DNA of 64,000 nucleotides from the NCBI GenBank assembly GCA_964408235.1, contig CAYOYN010000003.1, positions 20,295 to 84,294 on the forward strand, read 5' to 3'. Source of the stretch: Candidatus Woesearchaeota archaeon (lineage in GTDB: Archaea; Nanobdellota; Nanobdellia; Pacearchaeales; GW2011-AR1). The translations under genes were made by a program, and so were the position numbers. A model generated the notes under the pieces. That model made no database searches and was not told the origin of the DNA. It saw only the letters and a program-made list of their open reading frames with translations. This document shows, piece after piece, positions 24,369 through 33,080 of the stretch (positions are counted from its first letter, which is position 1; each line of letters begins with the position of its first letter).

Positions 24369-27072
24369 TTTGAAGTATTTTGTTATGCTGTTAATTTTTG
24401 TTTTTGGAATCATAGGAGCTTTTGCCAGCGTAAATCATTTGCATAACACTATAGAAACTAATTACACTGACGGAGAAACAATTAGAGGCAAAATTAATTT
24501 AAGGTTTACTAATGAACCATCTGATAATAAATTTACTAGTAATTTCCCTGGAAGTTTAACATTACTTGAATTAATAAAAAATCAATCTGGTTTAATTGAA
24601 GGGGTAGATTATAATTGCTCAACGAATGATTGTTTGAACGATTATTCTTCAGGCGGCATAACCAATCAATTACAATTGGACTCTGGAGAAGTCGGATATT
24701 CTGGATTTAAGATAGAAGGCAGCGGAATTGAAGTAACAGATGCTAAAATAAAGATTAGTTCTAATGCACCTAGTAGCTGTACTCCTAATTTATATGTTGA
24801 TTTACTTGCTGATGGTTTTGATGTTCTTACAACAACTCAGGGGAGTGGAGAAAGTTGCGGAATAAGACACACTGGATGTTATGATCAATCAAATACTGCT
24901 TTGGCAAATATAGTAACTGGAAAAGAATATTGTCAGAAAATAAGTATACCTTTAGGACCTGCATTTATTGTAGGTGCTCAAATAAAACAGGGAAGTGGTG
25001 AATCTAACCTAACTATGAAGTTGTATGACTTTGACACTACTGATTTACTAGGATCTTGCAAGTTACCTCAAAACTCTGTCCAAAACCAAGAGCTTAGCTG
25101 TCAAATAAACTATTCAGCTTATGAAATTAAAGATTATTACGTTTGCATATCAACTAGTTTGAATAATGGATACCAAATAGGTCAAGAAACTAATTCTCCT
25201 ACATGTGGAACTGCTCAAGGATTTAACTTTTTGAATAGTGACTTCGATATATTTGCTGAAACTATGAAATATGCGGCTTCTCCTAGCTTCGTAATTAATC
25301 AAACTACTTACAATAAAGCATTTAATCTGAATCTCAAAGAAGTTGTTGATCAATATATACAAAATGTTTATGATGGAAATTGTCAAAATGATTGTTTCAT
25401 ACCATTCAAAATATTTGGAGGAAACCAAATAGTTTCATTGAGTGATGCAAGCCTAAGTTACGATAGTTTTGGAGCTACTTTAAACCCTATAGAAGAATTA
25501 CATAGCTTGAATTATGACTCTTCTAGAATAACTTCTAATAATTTGAGCCTTGACATTTCTAAAGCTGATTTTGTTATCCCTATTGCAAGTAATGAAAATA
25601 AATTTAAGTTATATTTTGATGGAAGCCAAGTTATTGATAAATCTATAAATATAAAGAAAAGTTTTCTTTTTGATATTACTCCTAAGTCTGTCTCTTTTGG
25701 ACAGAGTGTTAGATTTAACGTTACTTCATCCACTAAAATTCTGAGAACAATATGGAACTTCGGAGATGGCACAACTATACAGACAGTTAATGGCACTTCG
25801 ATTCTTCATGCATTTACAAAAAACAGTACCTCTTTCAACGTTAATGTTACCGCAATAAGTAATACCACTCAGGCAACTAGACAGTTTACTGTATTTGTTG
25901 GAAATCCAAAGGATGTTGCTAACTTAACTTTAATCGAATACAGAAAGAGAATCACAAATATTACAAGTCAAATTAATTCTTACCCTTCATGGGCAACACA
26001 AGAGATACAAAAAATAGTTGATTTAAATGGCCTAACTTCTGGATTAAACTCTGTAGAACTTGATTTTAGAAATGCTTCTAGCGAAATAGATTATCAAAAT
26101 GTAATGCTTGATTTAATTGAGCTTGATGTGCCTGCTTATGTTTCTTCAACAATTTCAGGAGATAATATACCTTTGAGCGTGGGATACCAAAACATTAACC
26201 CTAACTATATAGAGCAAATAGAAAATAAAGATTTACAAAATCAAGGATTAAGTGAACAGCTAATTGCATGGATGAATGATAATTTTAATCCTGAAATTTC
26301 TTTTAAGAAAATACAAAAGACTGGAAATGGTGGGACTGAGCCTGTTGGAGCAATATTTACAATAAAGACCAACCCTATAAATCAAATCGATACAAAGACG
26401 TACCTTATTTTTGGACAAGATATTGAAAACTCCGGAGTTTACAAAACAAATTATAATCCTCTATCAGTTACTTCAGGAACAGATTATATTTTATTAGATA
26501 CTTCTAAGAGTGAAACTTTCGAATTTTTTGTTTCTGGAGATATTGATGCTGAAACTCTAGGTGCATACATTGCTCCAGCACTAGAAGTTTTAGGAGATGT
26601 AAAAGCCCCTGAAGGTGAATGTGTAATAGACAATATATGTTCTAGCGGAGAAACTGCAGACTCATGTCCTGAAGATTGCTCAAAAAAATGGTTTAAGTTT
26701 ACAATATTTGGATGGATATTATTAGGACTTGGAGCTTTAGTCGCTTACATAATCTTACAGGAATGGTATAAACGCAATTATCAAAAGAGTTTGTTCCCTA
26801 ATTCAAACGATCTTTTCAACTTAGTAAACTTCATCTATAATGCTAGAAGGTCTGGAGTGTCTGACAACCAAATAAAGAATAAATTAAAGGAACAGAAGTG
26901 GTCTAGCGAAAGAATAAGATTCGCATTTAGAAAAATAGAGGGTAAGAGGGTTGGAATGCTTGAGATCCCTATATTTACCCGTAAAGAACATAAGGAAGTA
27001 GTTAGAGAAATAGCAAATAGACAGAAAACACCAGTTGACGCAAGATTTATTAAAAGACAATCTTATCCATGA
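24355..27072 (+). CDS. Large secreted surface protein with PKD-like domain, C-terminal TM and about 100-aa cytoplasmic tail
   Basis: 905 aa. Signal peptide, WNFGDGT PKD signature (about 25753-25770), Cys knot ECVIDNICSSGETADSCPEDC before TM WILLGLGALVAYIIL, then a basic tail. It overlaps the previous gene by 14 nt. Confidence 0.8.
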   Translation: MLKNNLKYFVMLLIFVFGIIGAFASVNHLHNTIETNYTDGETIRGKINLRFTNEPSDNKFTSNFPGSLTLLELIKNQSGLIEGVDYNCSTNDCLNDYSSGGITNQLQLDSGEVGYSGFKIEGSGIEVTDAKIKISSNAPSSCTPNLYVDLLADGFDVLTTTQGSGESCGIRHTGCYDQSNTALANIVTGKEYCQKISIPLGPAFIVGAQIKQGSGESNLTMKLYDFDTTDLLGSCKLPQNSVQNQELSCQINYSAYEIKDYYVCISTSLNNGYQIGQETNSPTCGTAQGFNFLNSDFDIFAETMKYAASPSFVINQTTYNKAFNLNLKEVVDQYIQNVYDGNCQNDCFIPFKIFGGNQIVSLSDASLSYDSFGATLNPIEELHSLNYDSSRITSNNLSLDISKADFVIPIASNENKFKLYFDGSQVIDKSINIKKSFLFDITPKSVSFGQSVRFNVTSSTKILRTIWNFGDGTTIQTVNGTSILHAFTKNSTSFNVNVTAISNTTQATRQFTVFVGNPKDVANLTLIEYRKRITNITSQINSYPSWATQEIQKIVDLNGLTSGLNSVELDFRNASSEIDYQNVMLDLIELDVPAYVSSTISGDNIPLSVGYQNINPNYIEQIENKDLQNQGLSEQLIAWMNDNFNPEISFKKIQKTGNGGTEPVGAIFTIKTNPINQIDTKTYLIFGQDIENSGVYKTNYNPLSVTSGTDYILLDTSKSETFEFFVSGDIDAETLGAYIAPALEVLGDVKAPEGECVIDNICSSGETADSCPEDCSKKWFKFTIFGWILLGLGALVAYIILQEWYKRNYQKSLFPNSNDLFNLVNFIYNARRSGVSDNQIKNKLKEQKWSSERIRFAFRKIEGKRVGMLEIPIFTRKEHKEVVREIANRQKTPVDARFIKRQSYP

Positions 27073-27698
27073 ACATGTTGAAATTATTAACTAAACTATT
27101 TGGGATGTTTAAAAAAAGAGACAACTTGAAGATAGGTTTCTATGGCCCACCTAATGCTGGTAAAACTAGCCTTGCTAATTTATTATGTAAAGATTGGACA
27201 GGAGAGGAACTTGGAAGCGTAAGCGAAGTTCCTCATGAAACTCGTCACGTTCAATTCAAAGAAAAAGTGGAAATAGAACATAAGGGAAAGAAAATGGTTT
27301 TGAAAATAGTGGACACTCCTGGAATTGCTACAAAAATAGATTATGAGGACTTTTTAGGCTTTGGAATTGCTAAACAAGAAGCTAAAAAAAGAGCTAAGGA
27401 AGCAACTCAGGGAATAATTGAGGCAATTAAATGGCTGGACGACATGGACGCAGTAGTCATAGTTCTTGATTCAAGTGAGAACCCTTACTCTCAAGTTAAC
27501 TTAACAATTATAGGAAACTTGCTCGCTCGTAAGATCCCTGTCTTAGTTGTAGCTAATAAAATAGACTTACGAAAAGCTAATGTTAAAAAAATAGAAGCTG
27601 CTTTCCCTGAATACCCTGTTGTAGGTATATCTGCAAGAAAGGCTACTAATATGAATGAATTTTATGATGCTCTCTTCAAGCTTACTAAGAAAGCTTGA
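27069..27698 (+). CDS. Small GTP-binding protein
   Basis: G1 GPPNAGKTS, G3 DTPG, G4 NKID, G5 SAR. The ATG overlaps the stop of the 905-aa gene (ATGA). Confidence 0.85.
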   Translation: MNMLKLLTKLFGMFKKRDNLKIGFYGPPNAGKTSLANLLCKDWTGEELGSVSEVPHETRHVQFKEKVEIEHKGKKMVLKIVDTPGIATKIDYEDFLGFGIAKQEAKKRAKEATQGIIEAIKWLDDMDAVVIVLDSSENPYSQVNLTIIGNLLARKIPVLVVANKIDLRKANVKKIEAAFPEYPVVGISARKATNMNEFYDALFKLTKKA

Positions 27699-27731
27699 GG
27701 CAGATTTAAATAAAAAGCAAACTAAAAAACA

Positions 27732-28121
27732 ATGATGAAAAAAAATTCGAAGTTGAAGGGGTTGAGCATACATATTATGCCTTACTCCGAAATACGCGAA
27801 CTTACAATAACAGAGAGAGTGAAAAAGATATTAAATTTAATCCTGGGAAATAGAGTGGTGATCTTACAGGGTAGACTTAGACCTGAGGAGGAAATAAGGC
27901 TAATAGAGGATACAATGGCGATGGTGGACCATATTAAAACCTTCAAGGGAATTGAATTGGCAGTAGTAGACGCCAATCGCGATGAAGGATTTTTCTTAAG
28001 AATGAAAAGAGGGATAGCTAGAGGTTTAACTGGCGAAAGTAATTCTTTAACGGTAATAGGACCTGCTTCGGTAGTTAAAGAAATAAAGAGAGATCCTTCA
28101 AAAATAGAAGTTTTCTTTTAA
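27732..28121 (+). CDS. Conserved archaeal hypothetical protein, DUF2073-like (assignment from memory)
   Basis: 129 aa. The block VVILQGRLRPEEEIRLIEDTMAMV resembles what I recall for the family that accompanies this GTPase in Euryarchaeota. Confidence 0.45.
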   Translation: MMKKNSKLKGLSIHIMPYSEIRELTITERVKKILNLILGNRVVILQGRLRPEEEIRLIEDTMAMVDHIKTFKGIELAVVDANRDEGFFLRMKRGIARGLTGESNSLTVIGPASVVKEIKRDPSKIEVFF

Positions 28122-28197
28122 AAAAGCTTAAAGTGTTCTATCAGAATACACTTTGACATAACACTATATTTATTAATCTTAGAATTTAGGAAGTTTT

Positions 28198-28605
28198 ATG
28201 CCACACCAATGTATTCACTGCTCTGAAACCTACCCTGATGGATCAAGGGAAGTACTAGAAGGTTGTTCTAAATGTAATAGCAAATTTTTCTTTTATCTAA
28301 ATATGGAAAGGTACAAAAAAATAATATCTTCTAAAGAGCAAAAGAATGAACAACCAATTGATGATATATTAACCGAATTAACATCTGAAGACAAGAAGCA
28401 CATGGAAGAAGATGTGCGTGAAATCATGGGCATTGAAGAAATTGATGCCCCTGTAATCTTGGACTTAGAGACTGTTAAAGTGACTTCTCCAGGAAAATAC
28501 TTACTAGATATCCCTAACTTGTTTAGCAAGGAAAGGCCACTAGTCTATAAACTTGAAGACGGTAAATATGTTATAGATTTGGCCTCGTCTATTCGTAAGA
28601 AGTAA
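28198..28605 (+). CDS. Zn-ribbon protein (DUF2072-like)
   Basis: N-terminal CIHC...CSKC four-Cys ribbon followed by an acidic region. Confidence 0.6.
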   Translation: MPHQCIHCSETYPDGSREVLEGCSKCNSKFFFYLNMERYKKIISSKEQKNEQPIDDILTELTSEDKKHMEEDVREIMGIEEIDAPVILDLETVKVTSPGKYLLDIPNLFSKERPLVYKLEDGKYVIDLASSIRKK

Positions 28606-28636
28606 GGTTTTAAAGGAATTGAGCCTTTAGTAAGAC

Positions 28637-29917
28637 ATGGCTGATTTGAAAAAAGTGGTTTTGGAGCAGATTAAAAAATTGAAACCTGATGTTAATTCGA
28701 TAAAAGAACTTGAAAAAAGAAGTAAGGATTTTATGGTTAAATTACAGGAAGAAATATCGAAATCAAAAACTGATGCAGATGTTTTTATGGGAGGCAGTTT
28801 TGCTAAGGGCACCTTACTTAAAGCAGAAAATTATGACATAGATATTTTTGTGAGATTTAACCCGCAATATGAACATCTTTCTGATAGGCTGGAGAGATTC
28901 TTAAGAAATTTATCTGTTAAATTAAACTTTGATGTTGAAAGAGTTCATGGAAGTAGAGATTACTTTATAGTGCGAGTTAAAGGAGTTTCTGGTTACTTTG
29001 AAGTCATCCCAGTAAATAAAATAAAGAAACCTAAAGAAGAAAAAAATGTTACAGATTTGACATATTTTCACGCACCTTATATAAAAAAAAGAATAAGGGG
29101 ATTAGAGGACCAAGTAAGACTAACTAAGAGATTTTTGAAGGCTAATGAAGTTTATGGCGCAGAAACTTATGTAAAGGGTTTTTCTGGGTATACTGTAGAA
29201 CTACTAATAATAAAATATAGAAGTTTTGTTAAAATGCTTAAAGAATTGGTTAAAGTAACTAGTGAAAAAAGATTAATAATAGATATAGAAAAACATTATA
29301 AAAATCAGAATGAAGTATTCATTCAAATTAATGAAGCGAAACTACATTCTCCTGTAATTCTTATTGATCCAACCTACAAAGAAAGGAACGCTTTAGCGGC
29401 ATTACATCAAGATACATTCGTTAAATTTCAGGAATCTGCTAGAGCTTTTTTGAAGAATCCTTCTGAAAGATTTTTTGAAAATAAAGAAATTGATTTCAAT
29501 AAATTAAAAGAAAAACATAAAGGCAATTTTGTCTCAATACATTTAGCTACGGATAAACAAGCTGGAGACATTGCAGGAACTAAATTAAGAAAATTTTTTG
29601 AATTAGTCGGAAGAGAAGTGAAAAAAGAGTTTATATTAGTAGATAGTTACTTTAGATATGCTGGAGGCAATACAGGAGAAGGTTATATTATTGCTAAACC
29701 CAAAAAAGAACTAATTAGGATTGGACCCCCACTACACCTGAAAAAAGCAGTTGCATCTTTCAAAAACAAACATGCAAATACTTTTGAAAAAAATAAAAAT
29801 ATACATGCAAGATTAGAAATTAAATTTAATATTAGCGAATTTTTGGATTCCTGGAAATCTGGGAGTAAAAAATTGATGAATCAAATGCATATAACCGATT
29901 TTCAAATTTTATCGTAA
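28637..29917 (+). CDS. cca: CCA-adding tRNA nucleotidyltransferase, archaeal class I
   Basis: 426 aa. Pol-beta NTase signature GGSFAKGT...DIDIFV and a length typical of the archaeal CCA enzyme. Confidence 0.85.
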   Translation: MADLKKVVLEQIKKLKPDVNSIKELEKRSKDFMVKLQEEISKSKTDADVFMGGSFAKGTLLKAENYDIDIFVRFNPQYEHLSDRLERFLRNLSVKLNFDVERVHGSRDYFIVRVKGVSGYFEVIPVNKIKKPKEEKNVTDLTYFHAPYIKKRIRGLEDQVRLTKRFLKANEVYGAETYVKGFSGYTVELLIIKYRSFVKMLKELVKVTSEKRLIIDIEKHYKNQNEVFIQINEAKLHSPVILIDPTYKERNALAALHQDTFVKFQESARAFLKNPSERFFENKEIDFNKLKEKHKGNFVSIHLATDKQAGDIAGTKLRKFFELVGREVKKEFILVDSYFRYAGGNTGEGYIIAKPKKELIRIGPPLHLKKAVASFKNKHANTFEKNKNIHARLEIKFNISEFLDSWKSGSKKLMNQMHITDFQILS

Positions 29918-30270
29918 TCTTGGTCTGAGTTATAATGATTATAACAAATTTCTGACTCTGCTTCTTCCAATTTATGAATAATTGATTTTCTAGAAGCCTT
30001 CCTATTCAACTCAAGAAGAACTATCGCAAATAAAGCCAGTGTGCCTCCAATATAGTCTTCATTATGAATAAAATAAGGAATGGACCCAAGACCCAAAAGA
30101 CTAGTAATGTTTGGGATAGTTGAAGAGCTCATTAAACCGCTTAATTCAAATCTTTTCTGGAAATAATTTCTAAAGACTTCATCATTTGCATAAGTCATTA
30201 CTCTTGACTTTGATTCATCTATTTCTCTTCTAATATCTTCTGCGAAGATATAATCAAGTAATTTACTCAT
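29902..30270 (-). CDS. Hypothetical protein with one TM; paralog of the upstream 79-aa ORF
   Basis: N-terminal MSKLLDYIFAEDIRREIDES and LLGLGSIPYF echo MRKILTDYFLATDLKESLAKS and LASLGAIYHF of ORF 30263..30502. Last gene of a four-gene overlapping operon. Confidence 0.5.
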   Translation of the reverse strand: MSKLLDYIFAEDIRREIDESKSRVMTYANDEVFRNYFQKRFELSGLMSSSTIPNITSLLGLGSIPYFIHNEDYIGGTLALFAIVLLELNRKASRKSIIHKLEEAESEICYNHYNSDQDYDKI

Positions 30271-30502
30271 TTTGCATTAAAGAGTATTTTGTCCAAACTC
30301 TTAAGTTTTCTATTGCTCCTAGTGATAAAGCTAGAGACTCTGGATCTTGCCTAAAATGGTAAATTGCACCTAAACTCGCTAAATTTGGCAATTTTGAAGA
30401 AACATACATGGCAAGAGTTCTAAGTGGCCTAGGATGTGAAGATTTTGCTAAACTTTCTTTTAAATCAGTTGCTAAAAAATAATCTGTCAATATTTTTCTC
30501 AT
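30263..30502 (-). CDS. Hypothetical protein (79 aa)
   Basis: Overlaps both neighbours (8 nt and 1 nt). Paralogous N-terminus, see the previous feature. Confidence 0.45.
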   Translation of the reverse strand: MRKILTDYFLATDLKESLAKSSHPRPLRTLAMYVSSKLPNLASLGAIYHFRQDPESLALSLGAIENLRVWTKYSLMQNE

Positions 30503-30813
30503 TAATTTCTCCTTGGGTCTGTGTTTGCTAAAGAATTTATAATTTCTGAAATTTTTGAGACTACTAAATCATCCTTTCCAAAAACCCAATAAAATAATCT
30601 ACTATCTCTAGGATTCCTTCCTAACCCTAGCCTAACTTTTCCATCTCTTGATACGTAATGCATCGTATTTCTCCCTTGGGCTTCCCTATAAGCCCTAGAG
30701 TCTGGAACTAGTTGCTTAACTTGACCTAAATTACTTATTAAAGAAAGATAGTCCCTATAATTGACCCCATCAACAACCCCTGAATCTGCAATTTCCATTT
30801 TATTATTTATCAA
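30502..30813 (-). CDS. Hypothetical protein (103 aa)
   Basis: Overlaps the TrmB-like gene by 11 nt. No motif recognised. Confidence 0.5.
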   Translation of the reverse strand: MINNKMEIADSGVVDGVNYRDYLSLISNLGQVKQLVPDSRAYREAQGRNTMHYVSRDGKVRLGLGRNPRDSRLFYWVFGKDDLVVSKISEIINSLANTDPRRN

Positions 30814-31564
30814 GCATTAAAGTTAAAGAATTTGCAAAATAAGGAGAATTTACCCAAACTCCAACTTCTTCCTGATTGCCTTCTGGGTGTACCATTAATA
30901 GCATTTCTTTTTTGTCTACAATAAAGAACTTTCCAGATTGATTTGATTCTTTTATTTTCAAATCATTACGAGATGCAATTCTTTTTACCTTGTAAGAATC
31001 TCCTGATAAGGATATTTTTACCTTTATTTCCTTACTTAGTTTGTTTAAAACTGAAAGTAATACTCTTGACTTATCTTCAAAGTCTTCTGCAGTTGTATGG
31101 ATAACTATTTCTTTTTCTGCAGAATCAATCATTTCTTTTAATTTTGAAAGTAAATTTGATCTACCTTTGATGTGGCCAGATAATTCTTCTAATTTAACTG
31201 GTGAAATTCCTTCCTTGTGTAGCTGTACTAACTCTTCATATTCAGATGTTCCCTTAAGATTTGAAAGTGTAGCTACTTTTTCTTGAGCCTTATTCAATGT
31301 GTTTGTTTGCATTCTTTCTAGAACTGTTTTAGGCTCTACGGCAATGTATTTTACAGGTTTGCCTACTTTTACTATTGCAAAACCACGTTTTGTTAGAGAT
31401 TCTAAAACATCATATGTACGAGAGCGAGGAACTCCTGATATCTCAGCTGTTTCTCCTGCAGTAACTATTCCTTTAGAAAGCAAAGCTAACCAAACCTTGG
31501 TTTCATAAATATTAAGATCAAAGTGTTCTTTCACTTTATTGACTACTTCTTGTTTTAGTATCAT
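30803..31564 (-). CDS. TrmB-family transcriptional regulator
   Basis: N-terminal wHTH LNIYETKVWLALLSKGIVTAGETAEISGVPRSRTYDVLESLTKRGF plus a coiled linker and a C-terminal domain, as in TrmB-like proteins. Confidence 0.8.
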   Translation of the reverse strand: MILKQEVVNKVKEHFDLNIYETKVWLALLSKGIVTAGETAEISGVPRSRTYDVLESLTKRGFAIVKVGKPVKYIAVEPKTVLERMQTNTLNKAQEKVATLSNLKGTSEYEELVQLHKEGISPVKLEELSGHIKGRSNLLSKLKEMIDSAEKEIVIHTTAEDFEDKSRVLLSVLNKLSKEIKVKISLSGDSYKVKRIASRNDLKIKESNQSGKFFIVDKKEMLLMVHPEGNQEEVGVWVNSPYFANSLTLMLDK

Positions 31565-31627
31565 AAAGGAGCGAAAAATACAGGGTATTTAAACGTTTCT
31601 AATGTTGTAACTTAATAGGAGTTATAT

Positions 31628-32005
31628 ATGGGGAAAGTTTATAAAATAAAAGATTTCCAGAGATTTATGAAAGAACAAAATAGAGATCCTAGACCATATG
31701 AAAGACCTTTGGTTAGCATAGATACATGTAAGGCATTAAGAAGCTGGATTCAGGCCCAGTATCAAAGAGGAATTTCTAAAGATGATTTACTTCAAGATCT
31801 GATCCGAGGTTCTGGAGATAGATTAATCCCAGTTTTAAATTTCAAAGAAGATATGGCAAGAGATTATGCAGAAGATAATCCCGAATTAGGAGGCGATTAT
31901 CATGATGGTTATGCTGAGGGAATTTATGATGGGATATTACTCTTTTATGCTTTAGTGAAAAAACAACATGAATCTGATAGGTTGAATAATGAGCTTAGAT
32001 TATAA
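31628..32005 (+). CDS. Hypothetical protein (125 aa)
   Basis: Divergent from the TrmB-like gene. No motif recognised. Confidence 0.5.
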   Translation: MGKVYKIKDFQRFMKEQNRDPRPYERPLVSIDTCKALRSWIQAQYQRGISKDDLLQDLIRGSGDRLIPVLNFKEDMARDYAEDNPELGGDYHDGYAEGIYDGILLFYALVKKQHESDRLNNELRL

Positions 32006-32046
32006 TAAATCAAAACTTACATTATCAAATTTAAGATAAAATATTT

Positions 32047-33000
32047 CTAAATTAATGTTAAAACATAAATTATTGCTAAAGCAATAAAGCAACCTATACT
32101 TATGAAAGGCATTGCTGGATAGAATTTACCTTTTTCAGACTTATAGAATAGATATGCTAGCGCCAAAGTTGCTCCTACTGAAATTGTAACTGCCTGCCAC
32201 AACCCCATTGTCCTTAGAACTACTCCTGCTAAAATTATAGGGAATACGACGTCTCCTCCGCCTAGAATTGCTAGATTTATTTTGACCTTACTCAGTTTCT
32301 TATCTTTCTCTTTTGCAGACTTTGAGCTGTTTTTTACATTTTTAATAAGTAATTTATCTTCTTTTCTCATGTAAGGAACGAAGAACCCAGAGAATAATTT
32401 TAATTTCTGAATTTGGAATTTTGCCATTTTCTGCATGAAACCTGCATGCCAAACCGCATACATATCATATAGAGAAATTATTATTAGCAATATTCCTACT
32501 GACCAAATACTTAGGATTGGTATGAAAACTGTTGCAATTCCCGGATAAATTAGAAGTTCAGTAGCGTTATGAACAAACATATTTCTTTGGAATATCTTTA
32601 ATATTCCTAGAGGGATTGCTAAAATCACTGAGATTAATGCTGCTTTAGGTAAAGGCATAAGAAACGCATTTAATGCAATTGAAAGACCTAAAATTACTAC
32701 TATTGTAAACCAACCTCTTAGGAAAGTTTCAGCTTTTAACTTCATCAACAATAACATCAAAGAAACTGCTATAATTAGAGCAATTATGATAGAAAGAATA
32801 GACTCTTGAGGTTTGATATCTGTTGGAGGGTCAAGACCATAAGGGAGATTGTATACTGTTTGATTTGTAATTTCTCCAGTACTTTGATTAATGACTTGAG
32901 TTACTTCTGGTAAGTATTGGTGTGCTACAAATATACCAATCAACTGTGCAAGAAAAAATAGAGCTATTAAAATTAAAGTTACTTTTACTGTGTGCTTCAT
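32047..33000 (-). CDS. Presenilin / signal-peptide-peptidase homolog (GxGD intramembrane aspartyl protease, A22 family)
   Basis: 317 aa, multi-TM. YD motif (SLYDMYAVW), GxGD motif (LGGGDVVFP), PAL-like YPAMPF, and a Lys-rich cytoplasmic loop between the two catalytic TMs. Confidence 0.75.
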   Translation of the reverse strand: MKHTVKVTLILIALFFLAQLIGIFVAHQYLPEVTQVINQSTGEITNQTVYNLPYGLDPPTDIKPQESILSIIIALIIAVSLMLLLMKLKAETFLRGWFTIVVILGLSIALNAFLMPLPKAALISVILAIPLGILKIFQRNMFVHNATELLIYPGIATVFIPILSIWSVGILLIIISLYDMYAVWHAGFMQKMAKFQIQKLKLFSGFFVPYMRKEDKLLIKNVKNSSKSAKEKDKKLSKVKINLAILGGGDVVFPIILAGVVLRTMGLWQAVTISVGATLALAYLFYKSEKGKFYPAMPFISIGCFIALAIIYVLTLI

Positions 33001-33080
33001 TCTACAAACCTATTTTCAAATTTAGATGTCCTCATTTTAAACCTATAATTAATTCTGATTTAGATGTATTTAAATTATCT

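Noticed and set aside
28129-28153. Inverted repeat AAAGTGT-N11-ACACTTT between the DUF2073-like and Zn-ribbon genes as a terminator.
   Set aside because: It is only 7 bp, AT-rich, and not followed by a T-run. It is mentioned in the trio finding but not called as a feature.
32047-33000. The GxGD protease as the missing prepilin peptidase of the pilus locus.
   Set aside because: Its size (317 aa), the YD plus GxGD plus PAL-like motifs and the Lys-rich loop between catalytic TMs match presenilin/SPP (A22), not PibD/FlaK (A24). It is kept as a testable alternative in the findings.
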